DNA from: a virus
IMG/VR virus record: IMGVR_UViG_3300045988_092551
Coordinates: 25,210 to 89,209 of that record
Strand: one strand, 5' to 3'
DNA length: 64,000 nt
Part shown: positions 21,101 to 29,329 of the stretch, piece by piece
Position numbering within the stretch: position 1 is the stretch's first letter
Layout of the letters: every line of letters starts with the position of its first letter
Position numbers and translations under genes: made by a program
Notes under the pieces: generated by a model
Database searches by the model: none
Seen by the model: the letters and a program-made list of their open reading frames with translations, nothing else
Told to the model about the DNA's origin: nothing

Positions 21101-22383
21101 TTATAGAAGTCGCTCAGAGACACATGTGGAAAACCTGGCAACATAAGTCTGTTGATGGACATATTGTTCGGGAGATTCTCTGCATACTCCTTCATGGATG
21201 ACGGAATGACCTTCTTGTTGAGACCAGACGTGATATACAGCTTTGTATTTCCGGCCTTGACCTGCGCAATAAACGCATCAAGCTTCTCCTTTGATTCCTC
21301 ATCTCCGGTGTCAGTCTGTGTTCCCTTCAGCTCAGAATAGAATCTACATTTTTTAGAGTCGTATGCCTGTGTTACATAACCGGTGATGACAGTCTGAAAA
21401 TCGAACGTTACCTGAAGAACCCAACCAAAAGACTGCTCCTGTGACTCGCCGGAAACAACGTACTTTCTCTTATTCTTAAAATATGTCTCGATATAATCGA
21501 TATCCAGTTCAAGCTCAACATTTGTGCTAGCTGTAACCACTTTCGTGATATTCGCCACGTACTTGACACCGAGGTCCGCATAGTAATGAGAAGGAAGATT
21601 CTTCTCCGAACCATAAGCTCTCAGTCTCGTAACGACACTCTGGTCGGAATCAGCGTTCTGAACAATCTCATATAACCCATTACCGAGGCCATACTTGAAG
21701 ATATGCTTTGCCTGTATTCCGGTAGTACCGACATATACGTTTCTTCCTCTGACGATGAAGTTTATGTCCCACTTCTCGTTCACAAGCGCAAGGGCCTGCC
21801 AACAGGTCTGTGAATCCACTGTGATAGACATCGATTCGATGACGTTATCGCTTGTTCCTTCGCCGTACATTGACATCCACTCGCTTTCCAGGGCACCACG
21901 CTGCAAGGAACGCTCCATGTTCCTGGAGTAAATCTTCCAAAGACCCTTACCAATCTGCTCGTCGAGGTTCGCCTGAATCCTGTCGAGTAAATCATCCAGA
22001 GTCTGTACGTAGAATGGGAATTTCGGTAGGGCGGTGTAGTGGAGTTCGTTGTCATTCAATACCACATCGAGGAACTCAGCCCTAGAAAGCTCATCCTGCA
22101 ATGCGTTGAACTTTACACTGTCATAAACGAAGCCCTCACCGTAGGTGTCAGGTCTTGCCTGCTTATCTTTGCCCGGCTCGTAGTTGAGTTCAAACCGCTC
22201 GTCACGATAGACAATATAGTCGCCTATCTGAAAGTTGATAGGCTCTTCATGCTTGAAGCTGATAGTCAAAAAACACTCACCCATCCAGGAATCAGAGTAT
22301 TCCAATCCATGAACGGTTATCTGCTCTCCGTTAACGTCTGTCAGCTTCGAGCCATCCTTATGATAAATATTCCAAGTGCTCAT
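15187..22383 (-). CDS. giant tail tip / receptor-binding protein with collagen-like segments and CBM-like modules
   Basis: 2398 aa, placed after the tape measure and a small tail gene. Has three G-X-Y runs (e.g. GDKGEKGDKGDKGEQGEQGLRGLQGETGEQGIPGTPGKDG). A (T/S)Y(F/L)HIKYS...Y(T)WS module is duplicated. Two jelly-roll/CBM-like regions lie toward the C-terminus. Confidence 0.75.
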   Translation of the reverse strand: MSTWNIYHKDGSKLTDVNGEQITVHGLEYSDSWMGECFLTISFKHEEPINFQIGDYIVYRDERFELNYEPGKDKQARPDTYGEGFVYDSVKFNALQDELSRAEFLDVVLNDNELHYTALPKFPFYVQTLDDLLDRIQANLDEQIGKGLWKIYSRNMERSLQRGALESEWMSMYGEGTSDNVIESMSITVDSQTCWQALALVNEKWDINFIVRGRNVYVGTTGIQAKHIFKYGLGNGLYEIVQNADSDQSVVTRLRAYGSEKNLPSHYYADLGVKYVANITKVVTASTNVELELDIDYIETYFKNKRKYVVSGESQEQSFGWVLQVTFDFQTVITGYVTQAYDSKKCRFYSELKGTQTDTGDEESKEKLDAFIAQVKAGNTKLYITSGLNKKVIPSSMKEYAENLPNNMSINRLMLPGFPHVSLSDFYNSLTETNKKYVNPTGKQHKFSTDPHRPYIDSVNIDQIGLRSASQFFDTDDKTNGIIEIYPTIEEMVIGGVRVDEIDEGVSPDDDGRFNDNENVKNVDIYLSKAVDFDINDLKDDDFSISMKDGMCGGRTFKVASATKVDGRWRLTIERIKDDALELWFPYKDYPIRKGDHFVLTGITLPDSYVNAASLKLLKYAIAYLDKNDYTRYVYQPKVDELFMARQHDQAQADDTGVIKSLHDTLKAGDLMEFEDTDLRIGGTISIDQLIIKEDDGKIPTYDITLREDKEVGTIQKIQQQISSLQSGNGGTGAGLTTTQVKNQVAAEGSKYFVSKITDDTAKGTVTWEKVQKFLQGLAIGESGKHYIDKNGGASLSDVVVDRIHDAASTPSDRVIIGAQGFDLYMGDDGKSHMYLDNIVVRQKFFASSAEIRKISYSGGTTIFSNAGSTLAKVSVIFDADGNCIGYKCYACADDGTTRTMNWWRIGMMALCQTFNVKAGKNEKLQNRYYWRLVVGVGQEILDDGKLYDYVVLSNKEKFLGSESIVPTYANKLVTADGTNMLVFGDYGIEVSAAESMGSMAGILMKLEDKETDEGGNLIANRYFYGYESGIAQDAPAEGDVIVQVGDQICWKSRGNLIKISTSTEDNATDNAPAITMYHNLGALYSTGKKDSAGMEIISPYQWKTCTCVISPEQVKFNANNFMWFTEDPEKPFSPITVFYNIETNGMFRVGSSGRLYGDNVENGTAKVSVCCYKVMGDTKDVLDECWWESSCQDIKIDSPYTGRTDLQTNDAAAQNLPAYFTLDCYTLSVTADGTKHRGDVLLATMDIPVLKDGDKGEKGDKGDKGEQGEQGLRGLQGETGEQGIPGTPGKDGKTTYFHIKYSSEANPTTAAQMTETPNTYIGTYVDFLPNDSTDPNVYTWSRFEGLQGKDGTNGIPGKNGADGRTSYLHIKYSNDGGQTLTVNDGETPGSWIGQYTDYEQKDSTNVTKYTWSKIKGEQGDKGEKGDPGVAGVSPVTYTVDFLLQEKKVYIYVHKIQEKTNITHLISKWNNTLTCNVYINGEYLAYKDSDVMSDSYIDLLAFPSAKTIDIILKQKDGDEQLAIGNYTIGSEFEYQIIPEVVIFDTNDEGKLLTPKQSAEIKCYRNGQDVTNNCGFSLTNNHHLNCTPGPGQKKNMVIIQNITNVTVDGITMPAQNGYAQVQITDEHGGLHYAYVKFQVNITKFVAHVYSNNKTLTSQYSEISGKVNDMSGKLDGLPTGNELKEWKSSIIQTAREISLSVSEKSIGRRNLLVNSAFRNQDSVFINSVARIEKNTGVDGVNCIYSSDKYSGTGEGNYIGAFWDSTQGNSVVTNIPIVKGKKYVFSCWIKSDNLDLTFNIECLYMKSINQQSRDNVDSAISVAFKVHEKNKWEKISCVLDTNNAKATEFLAVNFWSNNKNVPKVTDATGATDYPTCHAYICKPMMEEGDTYGGWTLSDNDYDYVGGNILDNTRSLEKSGNLKIESSEIINEGYEYAYAVAHSNNTTSTYIEMLQWNMVGRINDGQDYMFSFLAKGTGVVSTYLWKDGTPRFFVESSNNKHDAVSTDGNVDFKLTNEWKRYWVHYHLNTSSEHPLPENLLIRCNNGNDVYVCQPKLEVGATMTEYTERKTDLVDKASLKKAGIEITSEQVTLYGNKVQVKTPKANPSEGYDEAAMFQNGKLNAKFINAGDVVAKGINAQEITATKLNVTGDSKIGIWSIKKDDNWGDIMQAKGTEYNGATVVSGIQYCPLFIRGGSLYTDYFRVGTSCTEFSYQSSADHFNAVWFGMAARTVCKGSNNNMNLPTNYAYNTQYEPVQYIYSEQSKKDSPALAINVIAKGFTGTPTALQTNGAIQGVIAPNLRIMNYSGQISSSDCIVIVTKGGITLKLPAGPVVGQTLLIYSKVSSNVYIEYDSSGGYGTGKMYSDGSLQTKIEIGRAGTFTYFIFDGENWCYAYFNGSHRNA

Positions 22384-22392
22384 GTGTCAGTA

Positions 22393-22881
22393 TTATCCTA
22401 AATTTGAAATTCCGCCCTGTGCATCCATGATTGGCTTGATGTCAGTAACAGGGTCGTTAAACTTGAAAGTTATAGAGAGAATAAGCAAGTCCTCGCTGCC
22501 CGGATATCTGTATAGGTCCGGATCAATGCCCTTCAGTCTTACATGTTGCCTTCCGATCTTATTGAAGTCACAGTACATTTTCATCATGCCGGACTTACGG
22601 AGATAGCCAATGAAAGCCTTACACTTCTCATTTGCGCCGAAGGCATCACCTTTAAACAGAAACTTGACCTTGTTCTCGTATGCTGCCATATAAAGTCCAT
22701 CCTTTCCGATATATTCGTCATCACCATGTTCATCGTGCCACTCCCTTTTTATAGGCTCCTTGACGGCATCGCATGGTTTGAACGGATTCTCGCTAACATA
22801 CATGCCGAAGTCGGCGATGGAGTCCTTCACCTCGTTCCCATCGCCTTCCTTCTGCATGTATATCCTGAAATAATCTTTCAT
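22393..22881 (-). CDS. distal tail protein-like component
   Basis: 162 aa. The call rests on its position between the tape measure and the tail tip gene. Confidence 0.35.
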   Translation of the reverse strand: MKDYFRIYMQKEGDGNEVKDSIADFGMYVSENPFKPCDAVKEPIKREWHDEHGDDEYIGKDGLYMAAYENKVKFLFKGDAFGANEKCKAFIGYLRKSGMMKMYCDFNKIGRQHVRLKGIDPDLYRYPGSEDLLILSITFKFNDPVTDIKPIMDAQGGISNLG

Positions 22882-22906
22882 ACCTTAAATCAACTTTTTA
22901 TAATTG

Positions 22907-22914
22907 CAAATATA
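22907..22914 (-). promoter_or_regulatory. -7 box TATATTTG
   Basis: + strand reads CAAATATA, 26 nt upstream of ATG 22881. The surrounding sequence is homologous to 35412-35460. Confidence 0.5.
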
Positions 22915-22956
22915 CGAAATAATACATAAATATGCAAGAAATATCCGATTAAAAAT

Positions 22957-22968
22957 GTATAAATATAC
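22957..22968 (+). promoter_or_regulatory. GTATAAATATAC 12-mer (copy 1 of 4)
   Basis: Exact 12-mer just outside the -7 box of the tail operon. Confidence 0.5.
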
Positions 22969-23005
22969 CAAAGAGGGCACAGATATACATCCGCGCCCCC
23001 GATTA

Positions 23006-26000
23006 TTACTTCATCTTCAATGATTTTGTTCCGTTAAGAACTCTATTGAAGTTGTCGTTATACTCAACGAATATACTTTCAATCCTCTCGGCCGCATCCG
23101 CATTGCGTAACGTATTTCGAGAAATTGCATCGAGTTGTGTCAGCTGAGACTTGGCAATCTCGCTCATCTCTGGATAATACTTAGCTTGTTCTGCTCTCAT
23201 GACAGAGCAATCGAGCCTAATTGCGTTGAGGTATGAGGCAATCAAGTCTCCTGTTTCCTCCGTAATGCTCTTGACGGAGTTCCTTGATGACGAACTACTG
23301 TTGTCGGACCATCCATATACTTTCTTAAGATAGTCACGAGTAGCTTCTATCTGCTTTGAGAGCTCATCTGTGCTGTTCTTTACGTCGGCATACTCGGCTC
23401 CTGTGTATTCTGAAATAACATTTCCGTTGGAATCCTTAATCTTGTCACCATTCTCAGCGTACCCCTGAGTCTTCTTCAAAAGAGCCTTAATCTTGTCTCC
23501 ATATATATTCTCAATCATGGAGTTCAAGATGGTCTTCTTCAGGTTGTCCTCAAAGTGCTCAACGAGATTATCTGACGAATTCGCCATCGTTGCCATTGCG
23601 TCACCCCAGGAAGACACCAGGTCAGAGAACTTGTTACCGGTCAGCTTTTCAGTCACCGCCTCAATCATGTCATCAGCCTTCTCGCCATACTGGATGAGTT
23701 TTTCCAGGTAATCCCTGAACTCTGAGTCCATGTTAGCCCAAAGACCAGTGTAATCCTTCTTAATCTTTGACAATGTATCAGCGTTCATGTTGAGCATGTC
23801 TTCCATGCCGTTGAACTGGACTCCGTACTTCGAAGAGATTTCTCCGGCAACATCACGCCAGTTCTGGCCATTGTATTTGTACGAACCTTTCCACATTCGA
23901 TACCAGATGGAGTGGGAGCCAGCTGACGAACCAGAGTTGAGCCTCTTCTGGGCTATAACCTTAGTCTGTTCAATCTCGGCTTTGAGCATTTCCTGAGCTT
24001 CCTTGTATGCCTCTGTAGCCTCAGTACCCCAATGGATATTCATATACTCAGTCTTCTTGGAAATGAGGGAATCCCAAATGGATGTAAGGTTGTCGTACTC
24101 AGCCTTCGCCTTTTCGTAACTGCTGTAGTCTGCGCCGAATGCCTTGATAAGAGAACCACCAATACTCAACGCTGCGGAAGCGGCTGCCGCGTATGGACCA
24201 GCCCCCTCAAGGAATCCAAGACCCTTCATTTTACTTAGGGTGTCAAAGGCTCCAGCTGTACTTGCTGCCGAAGAGAATGCGCCTGATGCTCCACCAACAA
24301 TTTGACCAAGGATTGAATCCTCTTCGCCCATAGCCTTAAACAGATTGATTACCGGGTCAAGAACCGTATTGAGTGCCTGCATCTTCGTCGCAAGTTCAGA
24401 GATTGCTTTAGACGAGTCGGCGTACGCTGACTGCTGATCGTTCTTCAGACTCGCCTTGGTTCTTACGCCGCCTGCGATTCCAAGTCTCGAAGCCTCCTCC
24501 TTACTAACGAATATCTTCGCAGTATCGTCCTTACCGCCAAGACGCTCATTTATGAACTTCCCGATAGCCTTACCGCGATTAACTCCTCCGAAGATGAAGC
24601 CGAACGGATTCCTGCTAATCTGCTCATTTCTGAGCTTATCCAATGCATCCCTCAACTGCTTGATTGATTCTACAGACAGACCGGTAGTCATGGAGAACTG
24701 GTCAATCTTTTCAATCATCGAGTTGATTGTTGCCGAGGACACCCTATCGAGGTCATCGAAGATAGCAACCCAATCAGATTCCTGCTTGAACTGCTCGAAC
24801 TGAAGCTTTGCCACGTTCTCGCTGTGAGTCTTTGTGGCTCCGGCCTTGGCTCTGTCTCTCATCTGCGGGTCTTCTATACCATTGATGAGTTCAAGCTGTC
24901 TCTCATATTTTCGGTTTTCATCCTCAATTTGCTGGGCGATGGTTGCATTCTTTTCAATCAGACTAGCCATCAGGTCGATGGTCTCCTTCTTGATCTTGTT
25001 ATTCTCATCTTCCAGCTTCTTGCGGATATCGTAAACACGAGTCTCCTCGCCATACTTATCCTTAACATTTTCAAGACTCATTCCCTTAACCTCGTCCATG
25101 GTCAAGTTAAGGCCGGACTGAACGTTGTCGTGCTTTACCGCAATATCGAGCTGCGCCTCCAGGAACCTCTTGTATGTATCAAACTGAACAGTTCCTCCGA
25201 AAGCTATGTTTTCTGAACCCTTCTTGTTTCCTGTCAGCTCATATATCTTCTTGTATGTCTCATACTGCTCGGATATAACATCAAGCTGCTTGTTGAGCAC
25301 ATTCAGCTCATCTCTTCGCTGGTCTTCAAGAAGCTTTCGGTTTTCAGTCTGAATACCGGCCTTCTCGTTTGCAGCGTAGTCCAATCTGTCCTTCGTTGAC
25401 GCAGGGAGAGTCTTCAAGAGCTCCTTGATGGAAGTCTCGTAGTTGGTATAATCAGAGATAGGGAATCTCTTCTTGTCACCAAAGATAGCCTCAAACTCTC
25501 CGTCGTTGGCAAGTTGACCGAGAGCACCCTCACCGTAAAGTTCCTTGAACTTCTTGATTTCAGCGTACATTTTCTTATACAAGTCGATGCGATCACGGAG
25601 ATCCTTCAACTGTTTATCTTCTTTGCGACCTGAATTTCTATTTTTCCCTTTCGGAACCTTATTGGACTTCTTTCCGCTTCCGTCATAGTCGTAATAAAGC
25701 AAATCTTTTGCGGCCTGCTTTACCGTCTGCCAAGCCGTATAGAGCTCATCGGATTTTTTTGCTTTAGAAGCCTTAGCAGAAAGATACTCGTTCTTGGCTT
25801 TATCAATATCAGACTGCGCTGAATTTCTAGCGGAATACCAGCTATCCTCTTTGCCCCACTTTTCTGCAAACGCTTTGTACTTTCCTGATGTCTCGCTCAT
25901 AATGAGACCGCTATATCTGCTTGGTATTCTTTTCACAAGCTCACTCTGCAAGTTATTCAGCTTTTCGCCACCGTCAAGAACGAGCCTGATAACAGCCTGG

Positions 26001-29000
26001 AAGTTTGATGCAGCAAGCATATTCTGAAGAGTACGTTCCAGTTCCGGATATTGTCTGATGAGACCGTTCTTGGCATCATTCATCAGCTCTTTCACCTTCG
26101 CCTTCTCCGCGTCGTTAAGTGGAATACTTGCCTTTATCTTCTCGCCAATCATCGGGAAAGACTTATCAATCAAAGCAATCATACTATTAGATACCTCTGC
26201 CTGTAGCCATGCACTCTTGTCCCCACACCCGAATGCCTGTAAGATAGATGTTCTGATAATATCAGCCTTATCCTCTGGAATACCCATTGAGGAGAATATA
26301 CCACTCATAGCCTGCATCGCGGCCTCACGCATTTTTTCATCTTTCCCGATATCGCCGAACCTCTTTGCAAGCTCCTTCTTTAGTGATTCTATATAGTTGT
26401 CGTATGCAGTTTCATTAGCATACAACTCCTTATCTCCCGTGGAAGCGTCAGAGGCCATAGCTGCTACACGCATCTCTTCTCTCTTCTTGAAGGCATCAAT
26501 AACATCTTCCGTTGCATCACTCAAATCCGAATAATAACCTCTGTTGCTGAGCTTTGTGCTCGCAATATCATTGGCTTCTTTTAGCAGCTTAATCTCTTGC
26601 TCAAGATACTTAAGACGATCAGCGTGACTTTTCTTTTCTTCTGCCGTCATCAGCATATTCTTGTAACTATAAGGGGCAAGTTCTTTCAACTTTTCCTTGT
26701 AGCTATCAATCATATTATCAATCTCCTTTGTGTCGCCACCGGATATTGCAATGTTCACGTTGTTATCACGGAGAAAATCTCTTATCTGCTTGTTTTTATC
26801 GGCTATTTCGTCTTGCGTCTGCTTTATCTTTTGACTGAGCTCCTGATACTCACTAATAGCGTATGTGATGCCAAAAGTAACAGCTGTAATGATAAGGCCA
26901 GGTAAACCTCCTATAGCTGACCAGATTCCAGCTGCAAGAGTCTTAGCTCCTGTACCTATAACTCTAAATGCAGCCAAAGCCGATGCCTGGAATCCTGTCC
27001 ACACATTCTTTACAGAAGACAAAGTGGTAGTAAGAGACATAGAGCGCATTGTCGCCAATGTGCGCAGCATTTCCATCCTAATAGTCTTCTCGCCGGTCTG
27101 TCTCAGCACAATACCTCTATATATGCTATATTGCTCGGCGGTGATTTTGCCAGATAATCGCAACTGATTGAGCTTCTCGGTCGTCAATGCTCTAGCGTTA
27201 GCCAGTGCTCTCAGGTCTGCTCCTGTAATCTGATTCTTCGTTGCGAGAATCCTTTGCTCTATCTGTGTTAGGGCCTGGCCCTGCAACACCTTATTCTGAA
27301 TATTAGATGCGAGATTTGCCTTATTCGAAAGAAAGCCGGAAGCCACATTGCCAGCCGCCATCTTCTTGAATGCGTAGCCGGCGAATATTGCGCCCATAGG
27401 CATCGCAAGAGTGTGCAGGGACTGAACCAGAGCAGTTGCTCCATCAATTGCGGTCTTGAAGAACTTACCAACGAGCGCATCACCACTCGCAAACTCGGCA
27501 AGCATGATTTCCCAGGCATCTTTCAACTTGTTATATCGTCCGAGCAAAGTCTCACTCAGAACCTGCTGCATATTATAGAACTGACCGCCTGCATCTGTCA
27601 TCTGCCAAAAGATAGACTTCACATCATCGAAGCTAACCTCTCTGTTTGAAATTCGGGTCTTAATCTCTGATGTTGAAACATTTCGACCCTCTTGCTTAGA
27701 GTAAAACTTTGACAACTTATCAAGCAAAGGAATGCCGGCGTATGCAATCTGACGAAGTTCCTTGCCATCGAGCCAACCGCGAGCCTGTACCTGGCCAAAC
27801 GCCAATGCGATACGGTCAAAGCTAACACCAAGACCGGAAGACATATCCGCAAGCCTCTTGGTTGTGTCATAGAGCTGGTCGTACTCAACTCCATACGCAG
27901 CCAACTGCTTAACATCTCGGTTCAACTCAGAGAACGTAAATGGCGAATTAAGAGCGAGTTCCTTAATCTGATTGAACATTGTATTCGCATTCTGCATATC
28001 ACCAAGGATTGACTGGAGAGCAATATGCTGCTTCTCCATCTCACCACCAGTAGTGATGATGCTCATAGCGAACTGCTGTGCGCCGAACACAAGACCTCCC
28101 TGCAAGAAAAGTGACTTCAAATCCTGTACGGTTGAATTCAGCTTTCCTGCATGACTGTTGGCTCTCTCGAAGCCGCGGACCAAATCAGACTGAACCTTTG
28201 CAGCCGTCTGAGCAATCTCCTGCTGACGCTTCTGCTCCAGCTCAATGCCTCTTTGAACCTCTCGGTTTACTGCTTTCTGGTCTTGAAGAACCCTTGATGC
28301 CAATGTGGTATCGTGACCGCTACCGATGTTGCCAAGCTGGCCAAGATAACCCTTCCATCCTATAGGAGACGAAAGGCTGTCTTTTATATTTTGCAGCTGT
28401 CTCATTATAGAAATGAGTCTATGTATTTCAGCCTCCGTCTTGCTTACATCTGCACCGATAGAGATACCCCTGCTGTATTCCGAACGAAGCTGACGAACCT
28501 TGTTGCCGAGAGAATCGTATCGGCGTTCGGTGTTCTTCAACTCGTTCTGACGCTGCTTCTCATTTGCTTTTGCCTCGCGTGCTGCGTCTGCCTCGTCTTT
28601 CTTTCGCTTTTTCTCAGCATCTTGTTCTGTCTTGTATCTTTCTAAGATAGCATTCTTTACAACTTTAGCATAAGTCTTTGCTTCATCTATAGCATTGAGA
28701 TATCCGGCACTCTTTACGACATCAGATGCTGTGAGTCCGGTAATAGGATGAATACCTCCGTTATTCCTAATCTGTTCTAACTCAGTCCTGTATTTAGACA
28801 GCTCTGACAACGACTGACGTATGTTGCTCGTTGAATCGACGCCAAACATCTGTATTCCTTCACCATGGCGTTTGTTGATTTCGTCAATAATAGAAGATAA
28901 CTTATGAAGTTCTCTCTCTGCCTTGTTTGCCTCAGTGGAAACACTGTTAGGGAATATGTTGAATCCAGCACCTTCCTTAGACACCTCTCCGAGTATGCGG

Positions 29001-29311
29001 CCTATTTTGTACAACCCGTCCTGGACAGACTCCAACTGCTGGAGTTTTTTTGGACTAAAGAAATCTTCGCTTGAAAATACACCAATGTTACGATGTAATT
29101 CTTTAACGAAGTTGTTTAGCTTTTCAAAACTACGACCTCCCTTATCTCCAATACCTTTTGTTGCTTCGGATATTGCTTCCAAAGCATTCTGTGCCTGCTT
29201 ACCAGTAGCATCAATCTTGTTTAATTCTTTGGTAATCTTTTTGGTTTCCTCTTCAATTCTCGATTTGAGAGTGAGCGAGAAACTGAGGTCTCCCATATTT
29301 CCACCTGCCAT
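23006..29311 (-). CDS. tail tape measure protein
   Basis: 2101 aa, highly helical and charged, with Gly/Ala-rich hydrophobic segments. Lies directly downstream of the frameshifting chaperone pair. Confidence 0.85.
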   Translation of the reverse strand: MAGGNMGDLSFSLTLKSRIEEETKKITKELNKIDATGKQAQNALEAISEATKGIGDKGGRSFEKLNNFVKELHRNIGVFSSEDFFSPKKLQQLESVQDGLYKIGRILGEVSKEGAGFNIFPNSVSTEANKAERELHKLSSIIDEINKRHGEGIQMFGVDSTSNIRQSLSELSKYRTELEQIRNNGGIHPITGLTASDVVKSAGYLNAIDEAKTYAKVVKNAILERYKTEQDAEKKRKKDEADAAREAKANEKQRQNELKNTERRYDSLGNKVRQLRSEYSRGISIGADVSKTEAEIHRLISIMRQLQNIKDSLSSPIGWKGYLGQLGNIGSGHDTTLASRVLQDQKAVNREVQRGIELEQKRQQEIAQTAAKVQSDLVRGFERANSHAGKLNSTVQDLKSLFLQGGLVFGAQQFAMSIITTGGEMEKQHIALQSILGDMQNANTMFNQIKELALNSPFTFSELNRDVKQLAAYGVEYDQLYDTTKRLADMSSGLGVSFDRIALAFGQVQARGWLDGKELRQIAYAGIPLLDKLSKFYSKQEGRNVSTSEIKTRISNREVSFDDVKSIFWQMTDAGGQFYNMQQVLSETLLGRYNKLKDAWEIMLAEFASGDALVGKFFKTAIDGATALVQSLHTLAMPMGAIFAGYAFKKMAAGNVASGFLSNKANLASNIQNKVLQGQALTQIEQRILATKNQITGADLRALANARALTTEKLNQLRLSGKITAEQYSIYRGIVLRQTGEKTIRMEMLRTLATMRSMSLTTTLSSVKNVWTGFQASALAAFRVIGTGAKTLAAGIWSAIGGLPGLIITAVTFGITYAISEYQELSQKIKQTQDEIADKNKQIRDFLRDNNVNIAISGGDTKEIDNMIDSYKEKLKELAPYSYKNMLMTAEEKKSHADRLKYLEQEIKLLKEANDIASTKLSNRGYYSDLSDATEDVIDAFKKREEMRVAAMASDASTGDKELYANETAYDNYIESLKKELAKRFGDIGKDEKMREAAMQAMSGIFSSMGIPEDKADIIRTSILQAFGCGDKSAWLQAEVSNSMIALIDKSFPMIGEKIKASIPLNDAEKAKVKELMNDAKNGLIRQYPELERTLQNMLAASNFQAVIRLVLDGGEKLNNLQSELVKRIPSRYSGLIMSETSGKYKAFAEKWGKEDSWYSARNSAQSDIDKAKNEYLSAKASKAKKSDELYTAWQTVKQAAKDLLYYDYDGSGKKSNKVPKGKNRNSGRKEDKQLKDLRDRIDLYKKMYAEIKKFKELYGEGALGQLANDGEFEAIFGDKKRFPISDYTNYETSIKELLKTLPASTKDRLDYAANEKAGIQTENRKLLEDQRRDELNVLNKQLDVISEQYETYKKIYELTGNKKGSENIAFGGTVQFDTYKRFLEAQLDIAVKHDNVQSGLNLTMDEVKGMSLENVKDKYGEETRVYDIRKKLEDENNKIKKETIDLMASLIEKNATIAQQIEDENRKYERQLELINGIEDPQMRDRAKAGATKTHSENVAKLQFEQFKQESDWVAIFDDLDRVSSATINSMIEKIDQFSMTTGLSVESIKQLRDALDKLRNEQISRNPFGFIFGGVNRGKAIGKFINERLGGKDDTAKIFVSKEEASRLGIAGGVRTKASLKNDQQSAYADSSKAISELATKMQALNTVLDPVINLFKAMGEEDSILGQIVGGASGAFSSAASTAGAFDTLSKMKGLGFLEGAGPYAAAASAALSIGGSLIKAFGADYSSYEKAKAEYDNLTSIWDSLISKKTEYMNIHWGTEATEAYKEAQEMLKAEIEQTKVIAQKRLNSGSSAGSHSIWYRMWKGSYKYNGQNWRDVAGEISSKYGVQFNGMEDMLNMNADTLSKIKKDYTGLWANMDSEFRDYLEKLIQYGEKADDMIEAVTEKLTGNKFSDLVSSWGDAMATMANSSDNLVEHFEDNLKKTILNSMIENIYGDKIKALLKKTQGYAENGDKIKDSNGNVISEYTGAEYADVKNSTDELSKQIEATRDYLKKVYGWSDNSSSSSRNSVKSITEETGDLIASYLNAIRLDCSVMRAEQAKYYPEMSEIAKSQLTQLDAISRNTLRNADAAERIESIFVEYNDNFNRVLNGTKSLKMK

Positions 29312-29329
29312 ATCCTGAATATTTTAAAA

